Positions 1 to 9,412 of a stretch of DNA of 64,000 nucleotides are shown here, piece after piece. The position numbers and the translations under genes are program-made. The first letter of the stretch is position 1. Each line of letters starts with the position of its first letter. The stretch lies in assembly GCA_965237955.1 (NCBI GenBank), contig OZ250169.1, positions 2,976,001-3,040,000 on the forward strand, in the 5' to 3' direction. The stretch comes from Candidatus Marinacidobacterales bacterium. Its GTDB lineage: Bacteria > Acidobacteriota > Vicinamibacteria > Marinacidobacterales > SMYC01. A model generated the notes under the pieces. It saw only the letters and a list, made by a program, of their open reading frames with translations. It was not told the origin of the DNA and ran no database searches.

Positions 1-167
1 ACAAGGACTGGTATCGCGGGTCGATCAACTTAGCGCTCGATGATTTCGATGCCGACTACCTGGAACAAGCGTCGACGACGACCTGTCCGATGTGCGGGGT
101 CAAACATGACCTTGGAACGTTGTTTGCCCGTCGAGACGAAGATGGGAATACGATCTTCGAGATGTGA
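1..167 (+). CDS. 3' end of a hypothetical protein (partial, CxxC)
   Basis: Open frame from base 3, KDWYRGSINLALDDFDADYLEQASTTTCPMCGVKHDLGTLFARRDEDGNTIFEM, with TGA at 165-167. Confidence 0.5.
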   Translation, partial: KDWYRGSINLALDDFDADYLEQASTTTCPMCGVKHDLGTLFARRDEDGNTIFEM

Positions 168-300
168 CAGACAGAACATCCTCATGCGCGCGATCGTAGT
201 CCCTATTAACTCCTCTGTTAGAATAGTTTAGGGGAGACGGCCCGAGGGTAAGCGGAACTAAGGAAACGAGTGCAAAGGCGATCGTCGAGTAAATGGCCTC

Positions 301-360
301 GGCCGGCAGACCGGAGACTAATCAAGTTCGGTGCGCGCGGATGAATAAATAGAAGGCACA
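301..360 (-). repeat. R3 terminus (TGTGCCTTCTATTTATTCATCCGCGCGCACCGAACTTGAT), left end of an rve-integrase element; 7 copies
   Basis: Termini at 360(-), 2561(+), 11784(+), 15747(+), 27161(-), 34103(+) and 60946(-). Longer copies run into MISSFVRALVSAFKARRELALENVALRQQLAV, an integrase N-terminus. Confidence 0.85.
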
Positions 361-420
361 ACCCGCATTACTCAGTGGTCTGGGAAAGCCCCGGGCCGCG
401 GCTCCACCCCTACCCGGGGG

Positions 421-470
421 CGTCCACAAAACTCGGCCCTTTTGAAATAGACCACAAATCAGCAGTTTAG
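421..470 (+). repeat. R1 terminus, variant or damaged copy
   Basis: CGTCCACAAAACTCGGCCCTTTTGAAATAGACCACAAATCAGCAGTTTAG followed by the same inner module as at 7467 and 30820. Confidence 0.75.
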
Positions 471-676
471 ACGCCCTTGGAATCCGCGCAGAATCGAGGG
501 TATTTCGCGCCGCAGGGCTGACTTCCGACCCCTGGGCTGCGGGTGGCGAGCGACAGCCCACCGGTGGTGCGCACGGCTGGCTCAAATCGGCTGCGGGGCG
601 AGCTACGGCCAGTGAACTGCGCACCCGGAAGTCCCTCATTAGACTGGACTTTATCGAGCAGAAGAGCGAACGTTCG

Positions 677-1111
677 GTGATGCCGCAGGATACAGGGGTT
701 GGCCGGAACGTCGTTTTGGACGGTTTGGACTTCGCCAGCTTACAGCGGGTCTGGGAGCAGACCTTTGGGGCTGCTCCTCCAAGCTCGCTCTCGCGTGTTT
801 TCCTGCGCCGCGTTCTCTTGCACGAACGCCAGTGCCGGACCCATGGCGGGCTTTCGGCCGCAACCCGGCGCGCTCTGGCTGCCATGGCGAACGAGACACC
901 AAGCTCCGGCGCTCCCGCAGGGTCCGTTTCTGCCGGCACCCATCTCGTCCGCGAGTGGAATGGCCGGACCTACCAGGTCGAGGTACTCGACAACGGCTAT
1001 CGGTTCGATGGCAAAACCTATCCGTCCCTCACTACCATCGCAAAGCGAATCACCGGCACCCACTGGTCTGGACCACGCTTTTTCGGTCTGACGCCCAAGC
1101 GCAAGGCCTAA
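677..1111 (+). CDS. DUF2924 domain protein
   Basis: GTHLVREWNGRTYQVEV...YPSLTTIAKRITGTHWSGPRFFGL signature, directly upstream of a serine recombinase. Confidence 0.85.
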   Translation: MMPQDTGVGRNVVLDGLDFASLQRVWEQTFGAAPPSSLSRVFLRRVLLHERQCRTHGGLSAATRRALAAMANETPSSGAPAGSVSAGTHLVREWNGRTYQVEVLDNGYRFDGKTYPSLTTIAKRITGTHWSGPRFFGLTPKRKA

Positions 1112-1112
1112 C

Positions 1113-2097
1113 ATGAAGAAGATCCGCTGTGCCATCTATACGCGAAAGAGTGCGGAAGAGGGTCTCGAACAGGCGTTCAACTCCCTCGATGCGCAGCGAG
1201 AAGCCTGCGCCGCGTATGTCGCGAGCCAGAAAGCGGAGGGCTGGGTGCTGCTGCCAACCGTCTACGAGGACGCGGGGCTCTCGGGAGGAACCCTGGAGCG
1301 CCTGGGCCTGCAGCGCTTGCTCGCCGACATCGACGCAGGTCTCGTCGACCAGATCGTGGTCTACAAGGTCGACCGGCTGACCCGTTCCCTCTCCGACTTT
1401 GCAAAGCTCGTCGAGCGGCTCGAGGCGGCCGGCTCGGTTTTCGTCTCGGTGACTCAGTCCTTCAACACCGCGACCAGCATGGGACGACTGACGCTGCATA
1501 TGCTGCTGTCCTTCGCACAATTCGAACGCGAGGTCACGGCCGAGCGGATCCGCGATAAGGTCGCTGCCTCCAAGCGCAAGGGACTATGGATGGGCGGCCG
1601 CGTACCGCTCGGCTATGAGAAGGACGAGCGCACGCTGCGCATCAACGAGGCTGAGGCCAAAACGGTCCAGACGCTCTATGCGCTGTACCGGAAGCACGGA
1701 ACGCTCCGGCAGGTGAAGGCCGAGGCGGACCGTCTGAGGCTGCGCACCAAGCGACGCTTCGCCGCGGATGGAACCCGGACAGGCGGGTTGCCGTTCCGTC
1801 GCGGACACCTCCACTGCCTGCTGACCAATCCTCTCTACGCCGGCCGTATCCGGCACCAGAGGCGTGTCTACGAGGGCCAGCATCCATCGATCATTGCTCC
1901 GGAGCTCTGGGACGCGGTCCAGGCGCAGCTGCAGGCAGGGGCTGCCAAACCAAGGAGACGCACGACGAAGGGCCGCGCAGCCCCCTCCCCGCTGGCAGGC
2001 AAGCTCTTCGACGAGACCGGGGACCGGCTGACGCCGAGCCACACCAAAAAGAAAAACGGGCAACGGCTCCGCTACTACGTCTCCCGGCGCCTCATCC
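1113..2097 (+). pseudogene. Large serine recombinase truncated by an R1 terminus
   Basis: RCAIYTRKS catalytic N-terminus. Near-identical to 31518-33179 up to YVSRRLI, then R1 starts at 2098. Confidence 0.9.
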
Positions 2098-2151
2098 CGT
2101 CCTGTGCCAAAACTCGGCCCTTTTGAAATAGACCATAAATCAGCAGCTTAG
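2098..2151 (+). repeat. R1 terminus (54 bp: CGTCCTGTGCCAAAACTCGGCCCTTTTGAAATAGACCAYAAATCAGCAGCTTAG); 28 copies in window
   Basis: + starts: 2098, 5485, 7467, 17076, 17800, 19989, 22793, 26103, 26217, 30820, 34042, 47824, 50934, 55820, 60298, 60410, 60769, 61001. - ends: 5802, 11875, 12439, 18461, 26948, 28182, 37562, 48140, 59498, 61345. Some copies keep only the outer 20-30 bp. Confidence 0.95.
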
Positions 2152-2390
2152 TGTCTGTGTTTGCGACCGGGCCAAGGGCCGTAGGCTTTACAATCGTCTG
2201 GCCGAGGGTGTTATCTTCAGTTCCATGATGACGTACCACGTGCAATTCCTACTGCTCGTTCTGGCTGGGTCAACCGCCAGCAGCTAAAGGTTGGTGGTTC
2301 CTGGCGGTTCAGAAAAAGCGAGATCGACCAGTGGGCAGCAGGGAACGCGGCCTGGCCGGATGACACGGGAGAGCCGGTGGAGCGGAAGCA

Positions 2391-2560
2391 ATGACCATTC
2401 CAACGATATTTGAGACATGTCGGCCACGCGCGGATGTTCTCAAGGGAGCGATTACCGCGGCCGACTTTGCTGCGGACCTGGCCCAGGTCGTCATTGGCAC
2501 GGGCAATGCTGAATATCTTGATCCGGCCCGTTTCTTCGCCAACACCTATCCCACGAGGGG
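2391..2560 (+). pseudogene. N-terminal fragment of a DUF499-type ATPase, cut by R3
   Basis: MTIPTIFETCRPRADVLKG...DFAADLAQVV...EYLDPARFFANTYPTRG resembles DUF499 N-termini. R3 starts at 2561. Confidence 0.65.
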
Positions 2561-2612
2561 TGTGCCTTCTATTTATTCATCCGCGCGCATCGAACTTGAT
2601 TAGTCTCCGGTC

Positions 2613-3139
2613 GGTGCTTCCGTCATCAAGTGTTGGTGAGATGACGCTAAGACTTTACGGTGCATTAAGTTACAGAAAAAATAGCGCTCGTGACCTTCGC
2701 TGCGCGCTAAATGGAGCGTAAGCGCCTCTTTTGCAAAGGGATGCGTACACATCACCAACAGTAAACAGCGCAAGCACCCGGCGTAGCGTGGAAACAGCTC
2801 AGGAACACGATTCGATATTCGCTCTCGACTAGGTGGTCATCTGCATGGTGACGGCCCGCCCAAAGGGTAGCTCTGCTCAATGGTTGTCGCGGGTCCCGCC
2901 GTCCACGCCGCATCGACTGCTCGCTTGTAACGTTGCCAGTGGATCAAGTTTCGGCACAGGACGCCATCGCATGTAATAATGATGTCGGCGTGCACACGAA
3001 GATGTTGCTGAACGTCAGGCACCGCCTGGTCAGCCCAGTCTGCATCGCCGAAAGAACTGTGTCCCTTCGAAATCAGGCTCAAACTCTAGCACGTGAGCGG
3101 GTTACGCGGCGGCCACCAACACTTGATTTCAGAAGCACC
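2613..3139. mobile_element. MITE-like element with R4 terminal inverted repeats (GGTGCTTCCGYCATCAAGTGTTGG)
   Basis: GGTGCTTCCGTCATCAAGTGTTGG at 2613 and CCAACACTTGATTTCAGAAGCACC ending 3139. Further R4 copies near 5701, 15978, 35945, 47910, 51070, 53210 and 60520. Confidence 0.7.
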
Positions 3140-3166
3140 CGGGTCGAAGTGGAGCGGGTTTAGCTT

Positions 3167-3778
3167 GTGAAACTCCCAAGCCATTCTCTATTACTGCCCG
3201 GTCTTCTCGTCGCGCTCTCCCAGCCTGTCGCCGGACGCGAGAAGTTTCCCGGCCGTATCGGTGGCGAAGGCCGCATCGGCCAAGCGGCACCCCCCTTCGA
3301 GCTAAAAGCGTGGTTGAACGCGGATCCGCTCGAGCCGGCCGACTTGAAGGGAAATGTACTACTCGTCCGTTGGTGGACGGACACTTGTCCCTTTTGCTCC
3401 ACGACGGCGCCCGTGCTGCGAGAGCTCAACCGCAAGTACCGAGGTCGGGGCCTCCGGGTCATCGGCATCTTTCACCCCAAGCCGCCCGGCGATAGGAGCG
3501 TCGAACGGCTGCGGCGGGCGACCGAGCGCTTCGGCTTCACCTTCCCGGTGGCCCTCGACGCGGATTGGATAGCGCTCCACCGCTGGTGGCTCGACCACGA
3601 GGTACAGGCGTGGACCTCCGTTTCCTTCCTCGTCGACAAGCAGGGTGTCGTCCGCTACGTCCACCCCGGCGGCGAGTACCATCTGGGAGAAGCTGGACTC
3701 CACTGGCGGAACCACGAAAGCTGCCATCGGGAATACCGCGAGATAGAAGACACCATTCTCAAACTCCTCGACAACTAA
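3167..3778 (+). CDS. TlpA/AhpC-TSA family thioredoxin-fold protein, exported
   Basis: Signal peptide, WWTDTCPFC CxxC motif, SFLVDKQGVVRY. Confidence 0.8.
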   Translation: MKLPSHSLLLPGLLVALSQPVAGREKFPGRIGGEGRIGQAAPPFELKAWLNADPLEPADLKGNVLLVRWWTDTCPFCSTTAPVLRELNRKYRGRGLRVIGIFHPKPPGDRSVERLRRATERFGFTFPVALDADWIALHRWWLDHEVQAWTSVSFLVDKQGVVRYVHPGGEYHLGEAGLHWRNHESCHREYREIEDTILKLLDN

Positions 3779-3886
3779 TCCCCACGAGGAGCAACGCCGC
3801 CAGCGCGAAAAAGGACGAGGAATTTTACGGTAGAATTAGCGGGTTCGGGCGCTCAACGCCTCGATTCTGGCTCGGGAAAGGCACGG

Positions 3887-4756
3887 ATGATGAAAAAGAC
3901 CGTGTTTTTGGTTTCAGCAGCAACGTGGGTCGTGACTGGTCTCGCGGCCGCCCAGCCGGACTTCGACGCCGTGGAAATGACGGTGTATCCGGTCGTGGGC
4001 CAGGTGTCCTACATCGAAGGCGCCGGCGGGAACATCGGGCTCTTCGTCGGTGAGGACGGCGTGTTCTTGATCGATGATCAATATGCTCCGTTGACTGACA
4101 AGATTGTTGCCGCAGTGCGAACCGTTTCCGACAAACCGATTCGCTTTCTCGTCAACACTCACATGCATCCGGATCACACCGGCGGCAATGAGAATTTTGG
4201 AAAAATGGGAACGCTCATCTTCGGTCACGACAACGTCCGGGCGCAGATGGCCAAGGCCGGTTACGACCAAGATCCGCCGCTCGTTACTTACGGCGACGAC
4301 ATGTCGTTCCATATCAACGGCGAGACCGTGTACGTGTTCAAGACACCGGACGCGCACACGAACAACGATTCCTACATCGTGTTCAAGGACTCGAACGCCG
4401 TCCATACCGGCGATATCTACCGAACGACGAGCTACCCCTACATCGACACTGCCAACGGCGGCAGGTTTCTCGGTACGATCAAAGCGCTCGACCTTCTCGT
4501 CGAGGTTTCGAACGCCGACACCAAGATCATCCCGGGCCACGGTGCGACGTCCAACGTCAAAGAAGTAAGAGCGTGGCGCAACATGCTCTTGGTCATCCGG
4601 GATCGGGTTCAGTCGGCCATCGCCGACGGCAAGACGCTGGAACAGATACAAGCGGCAGGGCTGACGAAAGAATACGACGAGCGTTGGGATAGCGGCCAGC
4701 GTATCGGCGGCGCAGCTGCCATGCTCGAATCCGCGTACAAAGATTTCGCACCGTGA
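3887..4756 (+). CDS. MBL-fold metallo-hydrolase (cyclase-like), exported
   Basis: Signal peptide, NTHMHPDHTGGN, AHT, HTGD and IIPGHG motifs. Confidence 0.9.
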   Translation: MMKKTVFLVSAATWVVTGLAAAQPDFDAVEMTVYPVVGQVSYIEGAGGNIGLFVGEDGVFLIDDQYAPLTDKIVAAVRTVSDKPIRFLVNTHMHPDHTGGNENFGKMGTLIFGHDNVRAQMAKAGYDQDPPLVTYGDDMSFHINGETVYVFKTPDAHTNNDSYIVFKDSNAVHTGDIYRTTSYPYIDTANGGRFLGTIKALDLLVEVSNADTKIIPGHGATSNVKEVRAWRNMLLVIRDRVQSAIADGKTLEQIQAAGLTKEYDERWDSGQRIGGAAAMLESAYKDFAP

Positions 4757-5241
4757 GCTTGATAGCGGCTGTACTCATTGCTTCCGGTTTGGGTTTTGAC
4801 GCCCCAGCGGAGTGGGTGTCGAAGCTGTCGTCTTCTTCGATGCGCGTCGCCGTTTGGGAGCTCACCGGCGACGACGCTCCTGCCGAAGTCGTGATCTTCT
4901 ATTTCGGTGAGGGATCTGGAGGCGGTGTCGAAGCCAACCTCGCACGTTGGTTCGGCCAGTTCGAGCAACCGGACGGTTCGAGCACGCGCGACAGAGCGAC
5001 CATCACCGAGCGCACCGTGAACGGACTCGAGCTCACCGTCGCAGACATGCGCGGGACGTTCGTCGCTCCGGTAAGGCCCGGAGCGCCACAGCGCAACGAC
5101 CGTCCTGGATACCGGATGATCGGCGCCGTTGCCGAAGGAGGCACGGGCCCGTGGTACATCCGCGTGCTCGGCCCCGAAGCGACGATGGCGAAATGGGAAG
5201 CGAGCGTCGAGGATTTTCTCTCCTCGCTCCGCCTCGAATAG
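4753..5241 (+). CDS. Hypothetical exported protein
   Basis: GTGA overlap with the upstream stop; GGGVEANLARWFGQF conserved-looking motif. Confidence 0.75.
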   Translation: MSLIAAVLIASGLGFDAPAEWVSKLSSSSMRVAVWELTGDDAPAEVVIFYFGEGSGGGVEANLARWFGQFEQPDGSSTRDRATITERTVNGLELTVADMRGTFVAPVRPGAPQRNDRPGYRMIGAVAEGGTGPWYIRVLGPEATMAKWEASVEDFLSSLRLE

Positions 5242-5484
5242 ACGCTAAGGCGGAACGAGGCGCTCGAGCCCATTATCTTTGGGGGCAGTCAGCTAGTTTT
5301 TCGTCAACATCGCCTGGACATATCTGTGCTGTGATCCGCAAAAGAGAAGATCGCGTATTGACGGGCAGACAGCCATGGGAGTTGAGGTCCTGCGAACTCG
5401 TCTTCGCCTCGGTGGAGGTTCTGCACTCTGTCGCTGCCGGGCCACCGACGCAATAACGTGCTTGAGAAAGAACGCTTTGTTCCC

Positions 5485-5802
5485 CGTCCTGTGCCAAAAC
5501 TCGGCCCTTTTGAAATAGCCGATAAATCAGCAGCTTAGCGTCTGTGTTTTGCGACGGTGCCAAGGGCTGTGGGCTTTACAATCGTCTGGCTCGAGGGTGT
5601 TATCTTCGGATCCATCATGACGTACCATGTGCAAATCCTACTGTTGGTCAGGCAGCCGTTGTTCGATCGGGCAGCCCTTGCTGCTCACACAGACCTCATG
5701 GGTGCTTCCGCCATTAAGTGTTGGTAAAATGACGCTAAGACTTTGCGGTGCATTAAATTACAGCCATGGTCTTTCAAAAGGGCCGAGTTTTGGCACAGGA
5801 CG
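5485..5802. mobile_element. 318-bp MITE with R1 inverted termini
   Basis: 31-bp TIR CGTCCTGTGCCAAAACTCGGCCCTTTTGAAA at both ends. A second, inverted copy lies at 47824-48140. No TSD. Confidence 0.85.
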
Positions 5803-5923
5803 GGTATGAGTCGCATCGTGTGCTCACTGGAGAAGAAGCGGTGACCGGCGCCATCACTTTGCCATTGGGGGTTCACCAACGATTCGATGTTTGGTCGGCA
5901 AGTAAAACCTAGGGAGTGCAAGA

Positions 5924-7393
5924 ATGAAGACTGTCTTTCTTTCGGTTTTGTCTATCGTTGTGTCCACCGCGCTTGGAAGCACAACGCTCCTGACGGCAAC
6001 GCCCAGCACCGCCGGGGAACCGCTACTGGCCCAAGGCGAAGAACCACTCACCGACCGCTATCGAGAGGCCGCCGGCCGGATTCTCGGTGCCGCGCTTCAA
6101 GATGTGGAAGGCTGGGAGAAAGTCACGTACCTCACGACCGATATAGGCCACCGGCTGAGTGGCTCGTCTGCACTGGAAAGAGCCATCGAGTGGGCGCATG
6201 CCCGGATGAAAGCAGAGGAGCTTCAGAACGTGCGGCTCCAACCCGTCAAGGTCCCTCACTGGGTGCGGGGGAAAGAGTACGCGGAGGTCGTGTCGCCGGT
6301 CGGGAAACCGCTCGGGATACTGGGGCTCGGAGGAAGCGTGGGAACGCCGCCGGAGGGGATCACCGCCCCGATCGTGGTGGCGCGAAGCTTCGACGAGCTC
6401 GAAGCGCTCGGGCGGGAGAAGGTGGAAGGGAAGACGGTGCTCTATGCCCCACCCTGGATGGACTATTCGCGTAATGTAGCGTACCGCCGCGACGGCGCTT
6501 CGCGAGCGGCGAAACTGGGAGCGGTTGCAGCTCTCGTCCGCTCGGTGACCGATCGGAGCCTCTATACTCCCCACACCGGCGCCATGCGATACGCGGATGA
6601 CATCCCCCGGATTCCCGCCGCCGCGGTAACGGTCGAGGACATGTATTGGATGCAACGGATGACGAAAGCCGGGCACGAGGTCGAGGTCAAGCTCTATATG
6701 GAAGCCAAGAATCTACCGGAAGCAGATTCCGCCAATGTGATCGCGGAGATCGTGGGAAGCGAAGAGCCGGAAGAGATCGTTGTGATGGGCGGACACTTTG
6801 ACTCATGGGACGTGGGCCAAGGCGCCCACGACGACGGCGCGGCCTGCATTGCCGCCTGGCAGGCTCTCAAGATCTTGAGAGATCTCGGGTTGCGCCCGCG
6901 CCGAACGTTGCGGGTCGTGCTTTGGACGAACGAGGAGAATGGGCTCGCGGGTGGTCGAGCCTACCGCGAGTCGGTTGGAGACGACATCGGCAATCACGTC
7001 GCCGCCATCGAAATGGATGGCGGAGTCGAAAAACCCATCGGATTCGGCTTCGGCCTCGAAGGCGTCAACCGCGAGGACACGAGCAATCCGACCTACGAGG
7101 TCGCTCTCGAAAAGCTCCGACAGATCGGGCGTTTACTGGACGGTATCAACGCCGGCCAGATTCAGCGCGGAGGAGGGGGAGCGGACATCGGCCCTCTCAT
7201 GCAAGATGGCGTTCCCGGGCTGGCTGCTCGAAACGTGCACAACCTCTACCTGGACTTGCATCATACGCACGCTGACACGCTCGACAAGGTCGATCCTCAA
7301 GACTTCCGTCAGTCCATTGCCATACTGGCCGTCATGGGGTACGTGCTCGCCGACATGCCCGGCCGGCTGGTTCCCACGGGGACAAACAAGTAA
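5924..7393 (+). CDS. M28 family metallopeptidase (carboxypeptidase Q-like)
   Basis: Signal peptide; GGHFDSWDVGQGAHDDG, NEENG and HHTHADT motifs. Confidence 0.9.
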   Translation: MKTVFLSVLSIVVSTALGSTTLLTATPSTAGEPLLAQGEEPLTDRYREAAGRILGAALQDVEGWEKVTYLTTDIGHRLSGSSALERAIEWAHARMKAEELQNVRLQPVKVPHWVRGKEYAEVVSPVGKPLGILGLGGSVGTPPEGITAPIVVARSFDELEALGREKVEGKTVLYAPPWMDYSRNVAYRRDGASRAAKLGAVAALVRSVTDRSLYTPHTGAMRYADDIPRIPAAAVTVEDMYWMQRMTKAGHEVEVKLYMEAKNLPEADSANVIAEIVGSEEPEEIVVMGGHFDSWDVGQGAHDDGAACIAAWQALKILRDLGLRPRRTLRVVLWTNEENGLAGGRAYRESVGDDIGNHVAAIEMDGGVEKPIGFGFGLEGVNREDTSNPTYEVALEKLRQIGRLLDGINAGQIQRGGGGADIGPLMQDGVPGLAARNVHNLYLDLHHTHADTLDKVDPQDFRQSIAILAVMGYVLADMPGRLVPTGTNK

Positions 7394-7730
7394 AGCAGGT
7401 CTTCCCGTGTTGGACAGCCCAGCAATGGTTTGTTTGGGCAGGGGTCCTGAGTCCTCTCCTGAATCCCGTCCTGTGCCAAAACTCGGCCCTTTTGAAATAG
7501 ACCACAAATCAGCAGCTTAGACGCCCTTGGAATCCGCGCAGAATCGAGGGTATTTCGCGCCGCAGGGCTGGCTTCCGACCCCAGAGCTGCGGGTGGCGAG
7601 CGACAGGCCCACCGGGGGTGCGCACGGCTGGCTCAAATCGGCTGCGGGGCGAGCTACGGGCAGCGGACTGCGCACCCGGAAGTCCCTCATTAGACTGGAC
7701 TTTATCGAGCACAAGAGCGAACGTTCGGGG

Positions 7731-8162
7731 ATGCCGCAGGATACAGGGGTTGGCCGGAACGTCGTTTTGGACGGTTTGGACTTCGCCAGCTTACGGCGGG
7801 TCTGGGAGCAGACCTTTGGGGCTGCTCCTCCAAGCTCGCTCTCGCGTGTTTTCCTGCGCCGCGTTCTCTTGCACGAACGCCAGTGCCGGACCCATGGCGG
7901 GCTTTCGGCTACAACCCGGCGCGCTCTGGCTGCCATGGTGAACGAGACACCAAGCCCTGGTGCTCCCGCAGGGTCCGTTTCTGCCGGCACCCATCTCGTC
8001 CGCGAGTGGAATGGCCGGACCTACCAGGTCGAGGTAATCGACAACGGCTATCGGTTCGATGGCAAAACCTATCCGTCCCTCACTACCATCGCAAAGCGAA
8101 TCACCGGCACCCACTGGTCAGGACCACGCTTTTTCGGTCTGACGCCCAAGCGCAAGGCCTAA
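7731..8162 (+). CDS. DUF2924 domain protein (copy 2)
   Basis: Near-identical to 677-1111. The following recombinase is cut after MKKIRCAIYTRKS by IS5 at 8202. Confidence 0.8.
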   Translation: MPQDTGVGRNVVLDGLDFASLRRVWEQTFGAAPPSSLSRVFLRRVLLHERQCRTHGGLSATTRRALAAMVNETPSPGAPAGSVSAGTHLVREWNGRTYQVEVIDNGYRFDGKTYPSLTTIAKRITGTHWSGPRFFGLTPKRKA

Positions 8163-8201
8163 CATGAAGAAGATCCGCTGTGCCATCTATACGCGAAAGA
8201 G

Positions 8202-9288
8202 TGCCTTGGTGCACAACTCCGATAGAGGCCGAGAGCTCGCTTGGCCCCGACTCCCATCATCCGGTCATCTCGCTATCAGGCATCCCGAGCGCCGTCATCG
8301 TGTTGAGAATCTTGCACCCGATCCTTGCCTCGACTCTCTGTGCCGCCAACCCTCTCGCTCGCATCGCTGAGCCCACGATAGCCTTGTAGCGATGGAACGT
8401 TGTCTCGACTTTGCTCCGTTTGCTGTAGCCCGATTCTGTGTGCCACTTTCGTTTGCCGAGCCGAGCTTGTGCTGCAATGTTGCGATTACGCTGTCGGCTG
8501 CTCGCCGGCCCCGATGCGAGCTGGGCGCCCTTGCGCGGCGGTATCAGCACCCTCGGCGAGCGATGAGCGCTGTGATTCTCGATCGCCTCATAGACGCCGC
8601 TGGCGTCGTATGCGGTGTCAGCTCTGGCCGATGAGATGGGACTGTCGATCTGTCCGACAAGCGATGCAACCCGCGATGAATCGCGGGCTCTTTTGCTCGT
8701 CAGCTCGCCGGCGACGACTTCGCCACTCTGCTCGTCGACACACAGATGGAGCTTGCGATAGTCCCTGCTCTTTGGTGCTCTGCGCAGCTGGCCGGCGTGG
8801 ACAGCGAGACCGCTGCTGTCGATCAAGATGTGCAACGGCGTCTTCTGCTTGTCTTGGTAGAAGGGGACCTTACCCAGCTTCGCCTTGCGCCTCGAGATCG
8901 TGGTGTGATTGGGCACATCATTGTCTAGCTTCATCAGAGCGAACAACGATCGCAGCAATCCCTCGCTCTGCCTAGATGACAGATGAAACACCATGCCCAG
9001 GGTGACAGCCGTCTCGATGGCGTGGTTCGAGTACTTGCGTTGACGGCCCGGTTTCCTCCTCCTCGGCCGGGGCGCGTCCCAGTTCACAAGCTTGCCGGCG
9101 GTGAGCGAGATCCAGACGGTCAGGCTCCCGCGGTTGCGCAGACCCGCCTCATATTCACGCCAATTCCTCACGCGATAGGCCTTCTTCACATACTTCCGCT
9201 GAGTGCGTTTGAAAATGCTCATGGGGAACCTCGAATCCGTGAGTAAAGGACAATTGTGGACCGAGATCGCGAGTTGTGCACCAAGGCA
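8202..9288 (-). mobile_element. IS5 family (IS903-like) element A, copy 1
   Basis: 18-bp TIR TGCCTTGGTGCACAACTC; 1087 bp; no TSD. Confidence 0.9.
8257..9222 (-). CDS. IS5 family transposase
   Basis: YRVRNWREYEAGLRNRGSLTVW, IDSSGL, RKLHL, ADTAYD and GYSKRSKVET motifs. Confidence 0.9.
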   Translation of the reverse strand: MSIFKRTQRKYVKKAYRVRNWREYEAGLRNRGSLTVWISLTAGKLVNWDAPRPRRRKPGRQRKYSNHAIETAVTLGMVFHLSSRQSEGLLRSLFALMKLDNDVPNHTTISRRKAKLGKVPFYQDKQKTPLHILIDSSGLAVHAGQLRRAPKSRDYRKLHLCVDEQSGEVVAGELTSKRARDSSRVASLVGQIDSPISSARADTAYDASGVYEAIENHSAHRSPRVLIPPRKGAQLASGPASSRQRNRNIAAQARLGKRKWHTESGYSKRSKVETTFHRYKAIVGSAMRARGLAAQRVEARIGCKILNTMTALGMPDSEMTG

Positions 9289-9412
9289 CGCACTCGCTGG
9301 TATGATCCCCGAGGCGATAGGGGACATCCTTGCGCACGTCAGTGCGTTAACGTCGAACCTCGCTGTCATCTTCACGCTGAACCAAAACACTATGAGGGAA
9401 GGAGATATTTCA

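Noticed and set aside
1-12. ACAAGGACTGG as another R1 end
   Set aside because: It is an imperfect match inside a plausible reading frame that ends at 167.
2098-2151. R1 as an integron attC site
   Set aside because: It has no RYYYAAC/GTTRRRY pair or internal palindrome, it truncates genes mid-frame, and it forms TIR pairs.
3914-4651. Numerous antisense or alternate-frame ORFs over real genes
   Set aside because: These are shadow ORFs expected in GC-rich DNA, with no motifs.
9203-9412. Long N-terminal extensions in the ORF track (also 8257-9525, 31413, 55927-57357, 46799-47860)
   Set aside because: They are read-through into adjacent IS or repeat sequence; better starts or clear breakpoints exist.
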